Shown: positions 12,101-21,420 of the stretch, piece after piece | Layout: every line of letters begins with the position of its first letter | Position numbering within the stretch: position 1 is the stretch's first letter | Assembly: GCA_963754945.1 (NCBI GenBank) | Contig: CAVWIG010000021.1 | Coordinates: 1-64,000 of the forward strand | Length of the DNA stretch: 64,000 nucleotides | From: Methanotrichaceae archaeon | GTDB taxonomy: Archaea > Halobacteriota > Methanosarcinia > Methanotrichales > Methanotrichaceae | Direction of reading: 5' to 3' | Made by a program: the position numbers and the translations under genes | Notes under the pieces: model-generated | Database searches by the model: none | What the model saw: only the letters and a program-made list of their open reading frames with translations | What the model was told of the DNA's origin: nothing

Positions 12101-12313
12101 GGTCAGGAATTCCAAGCCATTGGATGCCGCTCTTCCTATGGAGCCGTAGAAGGTCCAGGCCGATACGTAGACCGACAGGGACAGGGCGTAAACGTATGGG
12201 TTTGATACAATGCTTCTTCCAGCCAACCTCCTTCGGACGGCAAACTGCGCTATCCCGAAGAGGAGAAGCAGGTACAGCACCATGGTGATGAGGGCGAGGT
12301 GAGGACTTATCAG
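9137..12313 (-). CDS. SLC5/sodium:solute symporter-like sensor (CbrA/CrbS-type N-terminus, probable STAC domain) fused to two DUF835-like domains
   Basis: YALSLSVYVSAWTFYGSIG, AFESLVKL and LLPRQFY match CbrA-type SLC5. LARYIGDDRA...LTGSVGPSATRM resembles STAC. There are two GLCI/GLCL(S/T)...PTN(L/F)P...(V/I)LL(D/E) repeats. Probable CTG start at 12313 overlaps the upstream stop (the ORF track starts at ATG 12283). Confidence 0.8.
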   Translation of the reverse strand: MISPHLALITMVLYLLLLFGIAQFAVRRRLAGRSIVSNPYVYALSLSVYVSAWTFYGSIGRAASNGLEFLTIYLGPSLAMLLAWVIIRKMIKIAKEHRLTSISDFISFRYGRSYAIGAIVAVVSLVMVTPYVALQLIAISTSLEVLSGPHMILGIEIESKLVVALLLGAFAVIFGARHLDPMEEHHDGLIAVVAFESLVKLVSFLLVGLYVTYGIFGGYGPILDGISRAISTNPEYSNLMSINYTSWFSLTLISFFAILLLPRQFYVMVVENSDESHLKKAMWLFPLYLLLMNIFVPAIAWGGLLLNTPGIKDAFIITIPYTHGQDLLALFVFIGGASAATAMILVESVAVGTMMLNDLEMPYLLGRIGGGMNLPGLLLQMRRLNILLVVALGYLYSRAVAYHSLADIGIVSFLAASQFAPAAIGGLFWKRGTREGAMAGLVSGFLLWIYTALIPTVAGEGWLSANLVANGPFGITALKPTALFGMDLDIWTHSVFWTLFVNCSLYVLVSLMSRPSPAEAALTSSFVDVFKENVEPLPVERGSIRMGTVDELQTTLARYIGDDRAKRLVNAELDSLGITRDRIDAKQLLELWGEFEKTLTGSVGPSATRMIVEEKVLVTPVQEAAEATQPAYELRPGRTFVIPEKAYEVFTDQITHGVQGLCITTHDPEELRRRWGFRETPIIKLSHEKGSERYISPTNLPLLFVTIKSFVESSKNSIVLLDNVEHLIKENADLVPEREVLDFVYEIELLSRGTRMVLAERPEFVHREIASEINEIKELIFTIGPLSAYLFKVFSDAMLSGLDSATRVDVIRDVNESIESGTIFEKAVPIGGESSAACDPDMAQSSKVALKICSGIVLNRREFFIAIRRLGRIIKKYDPKFDLAASVRELMNSFGRSPLEIALIPGTTYVIEEEKPNKSLEIFGNLVNHGMDGLCLSRYNPELLSERYGIPAGTVIWLTQKSESEHRSVDPTNFPRLSSMLSDFLRKANYPVILLEGLGYLITQSNYETVLRFIQSQRDDVALKNAIFLVHIDPLSLDTKELHRLESEMEPLDVKAGV

Positions 12314-12522
12314 CTCGAACCCCTCCTGTCGAAGAGGTAGGCAAATAGTATTATCAGCAGCCAGACTAGAGCTAAATAGAGCAATATCGATGGATAGCCG
12401 AATACCCGCGCCATTCCTGTGGCCAGGGATAATAGAGGCCAGTTGAGCAGGGCTACCCCCAACAAGAAGAGAAATACCCAGGTCTCATCCTGCCTGAACA
12501 GATCCTTAATCGATAATGCCAT
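12310..12522 (-). CDS. Small two-helix membrane protein accompanying the SLC5 sensor (CbrX-like)
   Basis: 70 aa, two TM segments, LLNWPLL...GYPSILLY pattern; overlaps the probable start of the sensor gene. Confidence 0.7.
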   Translation of the reverse strand: MALSIKDLFRQDETWVFLFLLGVALLNWPLLSLATGMARVFGYPSILLYLALVWLLIILFAYLFDRRGSS

Positions 12523-12524
12523 GG

Positions 12525-13202
12525 TTACAGACCTGGATAAACAGTCAACCCCTTAGCAGAAATATCTAATGCGTGTTTCCCGGACGTATGAGGTGTGCCA
12601 GCCATCTTCAGTATCTCCAGCGATCGTCTCCGGACGAAGTTCACCTCGGTATTGTGAAGCAGTATTATTCCATCAGCAATATGAGCGATGTCCGCAGGAT
12701 ATGGACATCCAGGCCCGGTTTCGCCTGTTATCAGGGAAACTGCGTCTAAGTCCTTGATCGTCCTGGCCAGCTTAAGGAGAAAACGCCGGTAATCACCCTT
12801 GAGTATCTCCTGGAGCTCTGAAGGATTGCACATCACCACCCTCTTAGACTGAAACTCGCTGATCTTAGATTGAATCAGATCCAGCAAGTTCAGAACGCTC
12901 TTCGTGTTCTCCGCTGCCTCACCCAAATCTATGTAATGAATTTCCTTGCAGAAGTAATCATCTTTGACAAACTCGTAGGTTGAGGCAAACTTGAAAACAA
13001 GACTGGGGGATTCACCAGAGATCATGAAATAAAGCCCTGGCTCCTTTTGCTCCGCTCCCTTGCACAGGAACTGATTGCAGAACGTGGTCTTCCCTGTTCC
13101 TGCTTCCCCTGCCACTAAGGTTATGGATGGAACTGGCAGACCGCCTCCGATCATCTCGTCCAATCCGGGGATTCCGGTGGGGACCCTCTCTATATTTTTC
13201 AT
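12525..13202 (-). CDS. KaiC/RecA-superfamily ATPase (single domain, degenerate)
   Basis: TGIPGLDEM, Walker A GEAGTGKTT, ADGIILL, RSLEILKM. Confidence 0.88.
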   Translation of the reverse strand: MKNIERVPTGIPGLDEMIGGGLPVPSITLVAGEAGTGKTTFCNQFLCKGAEQKEPGLYFMISGESPSLVFKFASTYEFVKDDYFCKEIHYIDLGEAAENTKSVLNLLDLIQSKISEFQSKRVVMCNPSELQEILKGDYRRFLLKLARTIKDLDAVSLITGETGPGCPYPADIAHIADGIILLHNTEVNFVRRRSLEILKMAGTPHTSGKHALDISAKGLTVYPGL

Positions 13203-13460
13203 TCCCTCATCCTGTGGAATTTTGAGTGATTATAAAATTATCGTTCCCAAATTTTCTTCGCGTATGTAAACATTTCTATCGCGGCAAAGTGGATCGCACG
13301 GTTAACCGCACGCTTTCGTGAGTACCCTTAAGCAGAATATTGTATCTTTTCTTATTTGTCTTTAATGGTAAGTTGAATCATGGAAGAGGATTGCTACGCA
13401 CTCAAGGGCTTCTCCAGACTGTTTTTATATTAGGAATTCCCTCTCGCTGATGTGAGATGA

Positions 13461-14765
13461 TTGATCCTAAGAACACATTATTCAGGTGACATAACCCCAG
13501 AGAAAGCTGGTGTTGAGGTCACCTTGGCTGGCTGGGCCCACGAGATCCGCGACCTCGGGGGCATAGCCTTCCTGGTCTTACGCGACAGGGAAGGGTTTGC
13601 CCAGATAACTCTGGTTAAGAAGAGATCGGATCCAAAAGTGCTGGAGACCGTCAGATCCATCACCAGAGAAAGCGTTGTTCAGGTCAGGGGAACGGTCAAG
13701 GCTGAGCCCAAGGCGCCCGGGGGCTTTGAAGTTCTGCCATCAGAAGTGAATATATTAAGTGCAGCAGAGGTGCCTTTGCCCCTTGATCCCACCGAGAAGG
13801 TGGCCTGTGAGCTCGATACCAGGCTTGACGCACGGTTCATGGACATTCGCAGGCCCTGCATTCTAGCAGGTTTCGAGATCGAGAGCGCCGTTCTTCGCAG
13901 CCTCCGGGAGTACTTCTACAAGAATGGCGTAACCGAGGTATTCACTCCTAAGATCGTTGCAGCAGCCACCGAAGGCGGAACAGACCTGTTTCCCATAAGC
14001 TACTTCGAGCGGGAGGCCTTCCTTAACCAGAGCCCACAGCTTTACAAACAGATGCTAATGGGTGCAGGCATGGACAAGGTCTTCGAGATCGGGCCAATCT
14101 TCCGGGCGGAGGAGCACGACACCCGCAGGCATCTGAACGAGGCAATCTCCATCGACGTAGAGGTCAGCTTTGCCGATGACAAGGACGTAATGGGGCTACT
14201 GGAGGACGCGGTATCCGGGGCCTATAAGTATGTGAGAGAGAATTGCACACGCCAGCTAGGAGTCCTTGGCCTGGACCTCCAGGTTCCAAAAGTCCCCTTC
14301 CGCAGGATCACCTACACAGAAGCCTTAGAGCTTGCCAAAGGGCGGCCGGGCGTGGAGATGAAGTGGGGAGATGACCTGGATAGAGAGACGGAGAAGTTCC
14401 TGGGAGAAACCATTGGGGAGCACTACTTCTTGACCGACTGGCCGTCGTCCATAAAGCCCTACTACACTCTGCCTTATGAGGATAAGCCTGAGGTCTGCCG
14501 GGGCTTCGACTTGATGCACCCGAGGATGGAGCTGGCCAGCGGAGCCCAGAGAGTTCATGACTACCAGCTACTCGTAGAGCGAATCAAAGAGAAATGTTTA
14601 GATCCGGCAGGCTTCGAGTTCTATCTAAAGGCCTTCAGGTATGGCATGCCTTCCCATAGTGGATGGGGCCTGGGGCTGTCCAGGCTGGTGATGACCATGC
14701 TGAACCTGGAGAACATACGCGATGCGGTGATATTCCCGAGGGACAGGAGACGGCTAGTGCCATAG
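13461..14765 (+). CDS. aspS: Aspartate--tRNA(Asp/Asn) ligase, non-discriminating type
   Basis: [28 protein letters not shown] and [11 protein letters not shown] motifs; the His and Pro in the anticodon-binding domain are typical of ND-AspRS. Confidence 0.95.
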   Translation: MILRTHYSGDITPEKAGVEVTLAGWAHEIRDLGGIAFLVLRDREGFAQITLVKKRSDPKVLETVRSITRESVVQVRGTVKAEPKAPGGFEVLPSEVNILSAAEVPLPLDPTEKVACELDTRLDARFMDIRRPCILAGFEIESAVLRSLREYFYKNGVTEVFTPKIVAAATEGGTDLFPISYFEREAFLNQSPQLYKQMLMGAGMDKVFEIGPIFRAEEHDTRRHLNEAISIDVEVSFADDKDVMGLLEDAVSGAYKYVRENCTRQLGVLGLDLQVPKVPFRRITYTEALELAKGRPGVEMKWGDDLDRETEKFLGETIGEHYFLTDWPSSIKPYYTLPYEDKPEVCRGFDLMHPRMELASGAQRVHDYQLLVERIKEKCLDPAGFEFYLKAFRYGMPSHSGWGLGLSRLVMTMLNLENIRDAVIFPRDRRRLVP

Positions 14766-14959
14766 AAAAGCCCGGGTTTTCAAGCATTTTTAATTCTATT
14801 TTTCCGGGTGCACATTGTTAGTGGACAAGTAGTCACTTGTCTGCAGGGTGCCTCGCCGGTGGGAAGGCACTTGTAAAGGAGCGTGAGCATGATGAGGCAG
14901 CGCTGCTCATGGTACTAAGCGATAAGATCTAATATCACGAGAAGAAAGGAGAGAGGGCA

Positions 14960-15033
14960 GGGCCCGTGGTCTAGCTGGTTATGACATCGCCCTTACACGG
15001 CGGGGATCACGCGTTCGAATCGCGTCGGGCCCA
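14960..15033 (+). tRNA. tRNA-Val(TAC)
   Basis: Acceptor GGGCCCG/CGGGCCC-A; anticodon arm tcgcc-CTTACAC-ggcgg; TTCGAAT T-loop. Confidence 0.95.
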
Positions 15034-15062
15034 TCTCCATGCAACTTCTTCTTCGAATGTTT

Positions 15063-16313
15063 TCAGGTAAACAGTGTAACCAGCAGTCCAACAATTATCA
15101 TTGGCAAAAAGATCGTGGCTATTCTATTTCCGAATTCCCTTGTTCCCATAATATAAGATATCGAGAGCTTCACCAGGGTGTTGGTTATTGCTGCTAGGGT
15201 AATGGCGGTCACCGCTGTGCTCGACGTCAGGCTAGATTTAGCAAGGGTGGCCATGGAAAGAGAGATGGCATCCACGTCGGCCAGGCCGGCGATAACGCTG
15301 GCAGCATAGGTCCCTGCGTTTCCGAAGTAAATGCTCGCCAGCTTTGATGTAAGCAGCACGATTGCGAAGAAGCCTCCGAAGGTGAGGGCTGGAAGTATCC
15401 TGAAGGGATCCTTCAGGGCCACGTTCTTTCCTACAGGATCTTTCTTCCTCAGGAGCAAAGCGGCCAGAGCTACGCCAACGATTGTCATGCTGCCCAGTTT
15501 GGGCAATAGAGTTAGGAAGATGTCTCTGTTCACCACTAGAACTATGAACAGCATTCTGGGGAACATGGTGCAGCTTGCGATGGTGGTTGCGAAGACCGCT
15601 GAGGAGAGTATCTCCTTCTGCGATCGTACCTCTGAGGCCATGGCTGTTGTAACCGCTGTGCTGGATACCAATCCACCCAGGATACCCGTCAGGCTGAGAC
15701 CCCTCTCGGTTCCCAGTATTCTGATCAGAACGTATCCTACATAACCGATTAGGCTAACGAGAACGACCATCAACCAGATTTGTCTCGGGTTGAGTATGTT
15801 GAATGGATCAAGCGGCTGGTCTGGCAGGAATGGATAAATCACCAGGGCGATTATCCCCATCTTTAGTGTGTCCAGGAGGTCCGTCTCGCTCATGGCCTCC
15901 ACATAGCGATGAGTGACCTTTCTGGTGGCCAGGATCCAGGTTATCACGACTGCCAGGGCAACTGCAAGCAGTCTTCTATCATCGAAAAAGCTCAGTGACC
16001 CAAGAATGAAGGTCAGGATAGCGGCAACGGCTGAGGTCAGGTCAACTCTGCCCTGAGTTCTTGAAGAAGCTGAATAGTAGCCGATCCCCACGAGCAGTAT
16101 GAAGGCACCAAAGGCTACAATTATGAACTCCTGGCTATAATAAACGGCCATATTGGCGCACAACGTGCCTAGAAGCGCGATCAGGGTGAAGGTGCGTAGG
16201 CCAGCCACTCCTATTAACTTCTCCTCTGCCAGCCGTCGCTGCCGCTCTGTCCCGATGAGGGCACCTATTAGCAAGGAGATTATAAACGGATAGAGATCGG
16301 TAAACTGCATCAT
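15063..16313 (-). CDS. MgtC/SapB family membrane protein with DUF4010
   Basis: GALIGTER, AGLRTF, GGLVSSTAVT and GLADVDAI motifs. Confidence 0.9.
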   Translation of the reverse strand: MMQFTDLYPFIISLLIGALIGTERQRRLAEEKLIGVAGLRTFTLIALLGTLCANMAVYYSQEFIIVAFGAFILLVGIGYYSASSRTQGRVDLTSAVAAILTFILGSLSFFDDRRLLAVALAVVITWILATRKVTHRYVEAMSETDLLDTLKMGIIALVIYPFLPDQPLDPFNILNPRQIWLMVVLVSLIGYVGYVLIRILGTERGLSLTGILGGLVSSTAVTTAMASEVRSQKEILSSAVFATTIASCTMFPRMLFIVLVVNRDIFLTLLPKLGSMTIVGVALAALLLRKKDPVGKNVALKDPFRILPALTFGGFFAIVLLTSKLASIYFGNAGTYAASVIAGLADVDAISLSMATLAKSSLTSSTAVTAITLAAITNTLVKLSISYIMGTREFGNRIATIFLPMIIVGLLVTLFT

Positions 16314-16408
16314 AATTTAATTGACCTTTAAAGTATTAACTTTTACTTTCCTGCCCGGGTTGCCGGTCAGGCTAAGATATTTAAATTGGCTCGAATTGAT
16401 AAAGACGG

Positions 16409-17080
16409 ATGATCACCGGGAAGGTCAAAGTCAAGGAGTGCATCCAGATCCTGGAGGATCTCTACGGCGTCCCAGAGGCGGAACCGATCGATCCTGTGGA
16501 CCTTCTGATTGCTACCATCCTCTCCCAGAACACCACAGATAAAAACTCTCTCAAGGCCTTTGGCAACCTGAAGTCATCCTACCCAGATTATGAGTCGCTG
16601 CTCTCTGCAACGGAGTCGCTGATAGAAGAGAAGATCCGGGTGGGTGGTCTCGCAGAGATGAAGGCTAGCCGAATAAAGTGTGCCCTGGAAAAGATAAAGG
16701 CGGATGCGGGCTCTATAGACCTTGGCTTCATCAGAAAAATGGATTTAAAGGAGGCAAGAGATTATCTGATGGACCTTCCGGGAGTCGGGCCCAAGACCGC
16801 TGCTGTAGTTCTGCTGTTCGCTTTTCACAAAGCCACTATGCCTGTCGACACTCACGTCTTCAGAGTCTCAAAGAGGATCGGCCTTGTTCCAGAGAACGCC
16901 AGCATAAAGGAAGCACAATCTGTGCTTGAGAAGATAACGCCGCCGGATAAGTACATGTCTCTGCACTTAAACCTGATAAGGCACGGGCGGCTCATCTGCA
17001 AAGCCAGGAATCCTAATCACTCCGATTGTGCCCTCAAGGACATCTGCAACTTCTATTCGCATGCCACAAGTCTTAAATGA
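16409..17080 (+). CDS. nth: Endonuclease III-family HhH-GPD DNA glycosylase
   Basis: ILSQNTTD, LPGVGPKTA, PVDTHVFR and a C-terminal Fe-S-like motif. Confidence 0.9.
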   Translation: MITGKVKVKECIQILEDLYGVPEAEPIDPVDLLIATILSQNTTDKNSLKAFGNLKSSYPDYESLLSATESLIEEKIRVGGLAEMKASRIKCALEKIKADAGSIDLGFIRKMDLKEARDYLMDLPGVGPKTAAVVLLFAFHKATMPVDTHVFRVSKRIGLVPENASIKEAQSVLEKITPPDKYMSLHLNLIRHGRLICKARNPNHSDCALKDICNFYSHATSLK

Positions 17081-17104
17081 TAAGAGGAACCACCCCCATT
17101 CCGC

Positions 17105-17179
17105 GCTCCGGTAGTGTAGCTCGGCCAATCATGAAGGACTCTCACTCCTTCGACTCGGGTTCAAATCCCGACCGGAGCA
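17105..17179 (+). tRNA. tRNA-Glu(CTC)
   Basis: Acceptor GCTCCGG/CCGGAGC-A; anticodon arm aagga-CTCTCAC-tcctt; TTCAAAT T-loop. Confidence 0.95.
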
Positions 17180-17669
17180 CTGTTTTACTTGTAATGGTTT
17201 TATATTGTAAGTTTTATTATATTTCTTGGTTAAAATTCGTTATCAAGTCGGATAGTCGAACAGGGAGTCCTATAAGACCTTGAAAATTATCTCACAGTGC
17301 AATCCAGCATCTATGAATATCTCACCTGCGAAGGATATGTTGAGGACGTGAAGGACTACGTAGTCGAGCATTCAAAGTTCGCGAAGTATGTGCAGATTTT
17401 GAAGAACTCCAATTGCCTTCCAATGAAAACAGCCAGTGAGAGGGTTTTCTGATGAAGACCGGGCGGCGGTGGTGTAAGCGGTGGGATTGGGGGGGGGCTG
17501 GTAGTGGAATGAGATGAGGCTTCTGATTATGCTCTTGTAATATGGCAATTTTTAGGAATTCGGAATCCGCATACATATGTCACAAAATTATTACACGCTG
17601 CCTGAAATTGCGCTGATTAGAGATTCAGACTTGAGAAAAGCCAGACGCTGAGAGTTCGGGGTTAAAGGG

Positions 17670-18143
17670 TCATTCTATCTGCATCATCTTGGATAATGCT
17701 TTTTCCAGCCTTTTCCGTGTCTTGGAGTCCGGGTTTTGCAGCAAGTCCAAATCCCTTTCAATTCTCTTGAGGCTCTCTTCCGAGGCAGGGCAATCTTCGT
17801 AAACCTCTACACCGATGAGTCCTATTTGACCGGGGCTTAGAAAAGGGCTGCACCTGCATACCATCGGTCTGGCCTGGTATATCCTGCATCCCTTCTGGGC
17901 CTCGTCGTAGAATCTGCATGGTGCGCTTGCTTTGAACGCCCGAAGGTCTGGCTCAGTGGGGTGAGGGATTGTGTATTCTTTAACTGTTTCTTCTATAGAA
18001 ATATTAAAATAGCTGGATAATCTTCGAATATCCTTGGGATAAATGTCGATTGGATCGGCTACCTGGCAGCATATTCCGCAACGCACGCATTGAAAGTCAA
18101 GCTGGGCCTGAATGCGCACATAATCGTAGGGATCAAGCGGCAT
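17670..18143 (-). CDS. YkgJ-family cysteine-cluster protein
   Basis: FQCVRCGICC, PCRFY and CRIYQARPMVCR motifs. Confidence 0.88.
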   Translation of the reverse strand: MPLDPYDYVRIQAQLDFQCVRCGICCQVADPIDIYPKDIRRLSSYFNISIEETVKEYTIPHPTEPDLRAFKASAPCRFYDEAQKGCRIYQARPMVCRCSPFLSPGQIGLIGVEVYEDCPASEESLKRIERDLDLLQNPDSKTRKRLEKALSKMMQIE

Positions 18144-18319
18144 ATTATCACTGTGATGAGTCTGCAAGGGCTATTGAGTTATAAACAATCTGCTCAGAGG
18201 GACGGCTTCAATCACCAAAAGATACCTACCATCCTTCACAGGATCGCAAAGTTCTAGTACAGCCCTGTCCTCTAAATGACGGCTAGCTCAAATTATAGCA
18301 CGGCTCATAGGGCAATAGC

Positions 18320-18402
18320 GCGGGGGTTGCCAAGTGGTTAAAGGCGCAGGGCTTAGGACCCTGTCACGAAGGTGTTCGCGGGTTCGACTCCCGTCCCCCG
18401 CA
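18320..18402 (+). tRNA. tRNA-Leu(TAG), integration target
   Basis: Acceptor GCGGGGG/CCCCCGC-A; anticodon arm caggg-CTTAGGA-ccctg; long variable arm. Confidence 0.95.
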
Positions 18403-18403
18403 T
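18347..18403 (+). repeat. attL (57-bp direct repeat, 3' part of tRNA-Leu)
   Basis: Identical to 33210-33266. Confidence 0.95.
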
Positions 18404-18792
18404 AAAACCTCATTACTGATAGCGATTTTTTGTGATTGACTGCCATATTTGATTAAGGGCCCATTGATATAAAGGTTATCGGATCATTTACAAGGTATAA
18501 GAGGCCAAACCTCTATGAAATCCTTCCCGGGTCTTCGACGGGTGTTCCATAGTATTACAGAATAGGGAGAAACCGTTAAACGAATTGGCCCTGCGCCTGA
18601 TAACGGTTTAAAAGTGAAACCGATATCAAGAGACTTAACCAAAAGTGCAACCAAAACTCTATACGCTACTATTGAAGAGAAAAAAAATATAACAATGTAC
18701 TTTTGCAGCATAGCGTTTTTAAGACGATGCTGTCGCGAACGCATTGATGTACACTTTTGTACGTGGTTTGCCAGAGCGGTAAAAGGTTTAGG

Positions 18793-18862
18793 CAAAATGA
18801 CCCTTATATTAGTGAGGAGAAAAGGTCAAGTCAAAATGACCCTTATATTAGTGAGGAGAAAA
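18793..18862 (+). repeat. Two identical 31-bp repeats at a 39-bp period
   Basis: caaaatgacccttatattagtgaggagaaaa at 18793-18823 and 18832-18862. Confidence 0.9.
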
Positions 18863-19218
18863 TATCGGAGGCGATGACACCGGTCGACACGGCGACAGTC
18901 TCCAAAAAGTCCAGTCGGGTTTGTCGCGACTTGGTACATTCCTCTCGCAAATTGACGAGTTAAAGTCTTTGTCGCACGCCATCCTATCACTTTTAATCAC
19001 CTCCGACACCAGCCGGGGTTTCGACCATCGCAGGGTTTCTCGCAGTTTCCCTTAGTCAGCTGAAACGCCCGGAAACACCTCCCAAACCTCCACAATCACC
19101 TCCCTGAGAGGCTATTACAGCCTCCATCAACTCCACGAATCGACTTTTGGAAACACTACCATGAGAATTATTTTTATCGTAAAATGAAATTGTTAAGTAA
19201 TTAAACAGGGGTGAAAAC

Positions 19219-19494
19219 ATGACCGAGAAGTTAAAAATGAGTAAGAGCATCTCTTTAACCGCGGATAAGATAGCAGAGATCGAAGCACTTGCCGCGGAAC
19301 AAAATACATCGTTCTCTGGGGTTATTGAGAATGCTATTAATGCAAAGATAAGTAAAACCCAAGAAAGGCCAGCATTAGGGACCAATCTTGGAAGACAGCC
19401 TAATTATTGGGCCTCTGAATCAGTAAGGATATTAGAAGAGATATTGAAGCAATTGGACACACTAAACGAGAAATTAGAGAAAACGGAGGAATAA
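19219..19494 (+). CDS. Ribbon-helix-helix (CopG-like) DNA-binding protein
   Basis: KSISLT beta-strand followed by IEALAAEQNTSFSGVIENAI; GGTGA RBS. Confidence 0.65.
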   Translation: MTEKLKMSKSISLTADKIAEIEALAAEQNTSFSGVIENAINAKISKTQERPALGTNLGRQPNYWASESVRILEEILKQLDTLNEKLEKTEE

Positions 19495-19496
19495 AT

Positions 19497-19943
19497 ATGG
19501 TGAAAGCCTATCGAGTTATCGAACCAATTGAATGCGAGCAACACCCAATCATGATGAACAGCAAGAATCAAATTGTAGAGGCCACAGGAGGAGATATTAT
19601 GATGAACAGAAAGAAGAGTTGTGGAAAGAAAATTGAAGATAGCGACGTAATTGTTAAAGATGATAGTTCGATGTTTGACGATGAGAACTTACAAGAGGAT
19701 GATGAGGATGTACAAGAGGATGACGAAGGTTCTAACATATCGTCCCCTATGACGAACGATTCTCCCCCCTGCGAGGACGAAGAAAACCCCTCGGCAACCT
19801 GTCCCTATGATGCAGATGAGATGAATTGCAGAACCTGTAAAACCTTATCACAATCACAACGTGATGCGATGGAGAACATCAAAGAAATAAGGGACGAACC
19901 GAGCCTCGATGACGTAAGGGCAAAAATGGGAAACCGCCGGTGA
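19497..19943 (+). CDS. Hypothetical acidic protein with a C-terminal Cys cluster
   Basis: RBS and operon spacing; D/E-rich middle; CPY...CRTC. Confidence 0.6.
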   Translation: MVKAYRVIEPIECEQHPIMMNSKNQIVEATGGDIMMNRKKSCGKKIEDSDVIVKDDSSMFDDENLQEDDEDVQEDDEGSNISSPMTNDSPPCEDEENPSATCPYDADEMNCRTCKTLSQSQRDAMENIKEIRDEPSLDDVRAKMGNRR

Positions 19944-20242
19944 ATGCCATGGGAGCAATTGACGAAGGCTTCGAGATCCTCTTAAACTGCTGCGATCAAC
20001 TCCGGCAAATTAGCAGCAAAAGACACGTTACAATGGAAATAAGCAGGATCGTCAGTGAATGCCAGGCGGAACTCGAAGGTCTCGCACACAAAGAGAAAAA
20101 AGAAGAACAGGACCGAGAGGCCGCTTTAACGAGTGCCGAGAAGCATATCGAGCAACCCCAAAAGAATAGTAGCAAACCAAAAATATATAAAATGAATGAT
20201 AAAAAGAGGAAGGAATCAGTAGCAATTAAGAGGAGACGATAA
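19940..20242 (+). CDS. Hypothetical protein
   Basis: GTGA overlap with the previous gene; charged helical sequence. Confidence 0.55.
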   Translation: MNAMGAIDEGFEILLNCCDQLRQISSKRHVTMEISRIVSECQAELEGLAHKEKKEEQDREAALTSAEKHIEQPQKNSSKPKIYKMNDKKRKESVAIKRRR

Positions 20243-20245
20243 AAT

Positions 20246-20887
20246 ATGGTTGATATTATTGAATTCTATAATAACCATCCAAATAGAGGCTCAGATGGCA
20301 TCATGAAGGCAGTCCGGACCCTAAAGGTTATGGAAGAGAACCTCGATAAAATGAGAGCACAAAGCAGGGAATTCCTCATTTTGAGAGTTCGTGAGGGGGT
20401 GTTTTCCGCGGAAGTTGCTCCGGACAAACAGCAAGAGGCAAAGGAGCTTCTAACCCGGATTGACGGTACCGAGGAACGAATTAGAATCCTTCGAGAGGCA
20501 CTTTTAAGAATTGGCAACATGATTGAACAGGTCGGAATCCAAGAACCTCTTTTGGAGTCTGTCCAGGCCTCGTACATGGGCATGGTAAGGACGATAGGGG
20601 CCGTGGAGAAAAAGCACAGCTCCCTACTAAGTATCGCAGTTTCAAATCCTAAGAGTAGAGTCTACGAACAAAGGATGATTGAAGTCAACAGACTCGAAGA
20701 GGTCTTAGACGACTATCATGAAAAGTATGACGAGAGGATTGAAACACTGAAAACCCTCGAAAAAGCCCTCATATCAGCCCTCGGAGAGATTGTTGAAGAG
20801 CCGGTCCAGATGACATCACACGTAGAGGTAGAATCTCATCGCGGTTTGGAAGGGCCTATTCACCTGTGTGGCGGGATTAGGAGTTAA
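20246..20887 (+). CDS. Hypothetical coiled-coil protein
   Basis: 213-aa helical E/R/L-rich ORF with a GAGG RBS. Confidence 0.65.
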   Translation: MVDIIEFYNNHPNRGSDGIMKAVRTLKVMEENLDKMRAQSREFLILRVREGVFSAEVAPDKQQEAKELLTRIDGTEERIRILREALLRIGNMIEQVGIQEPLLESVQASYMGMVRTIGAVEKKHSSLLSIAVSNPKSRVYEQRMIEVNRLEEVLDDYHEKYDERIETLKTLEKALISALGEIVEEPVQMTSHVEVESHRGLEGPIHLCGGIRS

Positions 20888-21111
20888 ATCATACAATCAT
20901 AAACTTTCTTAACAATTTAACAATTTGAAGGAAATTTAAGGATTGCACGAAAGCAATTAAGAGGCGGGAGTTCCCAGCCTTTTTACCATTTTGGGGAACA
21001 CGACCCCTCTCGAAGCACTCGAAGCAGTTGATCTTGTCTTTTTGAGGATAAGTTTAAGGACGACGTACGATATAACAATAACGACACAACCAATAGCAGC
21101 GGAGGCATAAT

Positions 21112-21420
21112 ATGATTGGATATATTAAATTTTGGAACGAACATAAAAATTGGGGGTACATAGCCGCGGAAAATGGCAAAGATTACTTTGCAGGCGGGCC
21201 AAACCTAAGGAACAAAAACTACCACCCTCAAAAAAACGATAGCGTCACCTTCGAACTTGGTGAAAACCAAAAAGGAGTGTGCGCAAAATTGGTTGGACCG
21301 GCGGAAAACCCAATTGATGAAATAGCGGACTTCAATAAAGCATACGGCCGAACCTCCGGGTACACCAACGAGGAAGAGTCCGAGGAAACAATCGCAACAG
21401 CCCTTGGAGGTCATGCATGA
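21112..21420 (+). CDS. Cold-shock-domain protein
   Basis: GYIKFWNEHKNWGYI (RNP1-like), GKDYF (RNP2-like), VTFELGENQKGVCA. Confidence 0.8.
   Translation: MIGYIKFWNEHKNWGYIAAENGKDYFAGGPNLRNKNYHPQKNDSVTFELGENQKGVCAKLVGPAENPIDEIADFNKAYGRTSGYTNEEESEETIATALGGHA

Noticed and set aside
18793-18862. 31-bp repeats as a CRISPR array
   Set aside because: Only two copies with an 8-bp gap, no spacers and no cas genes.
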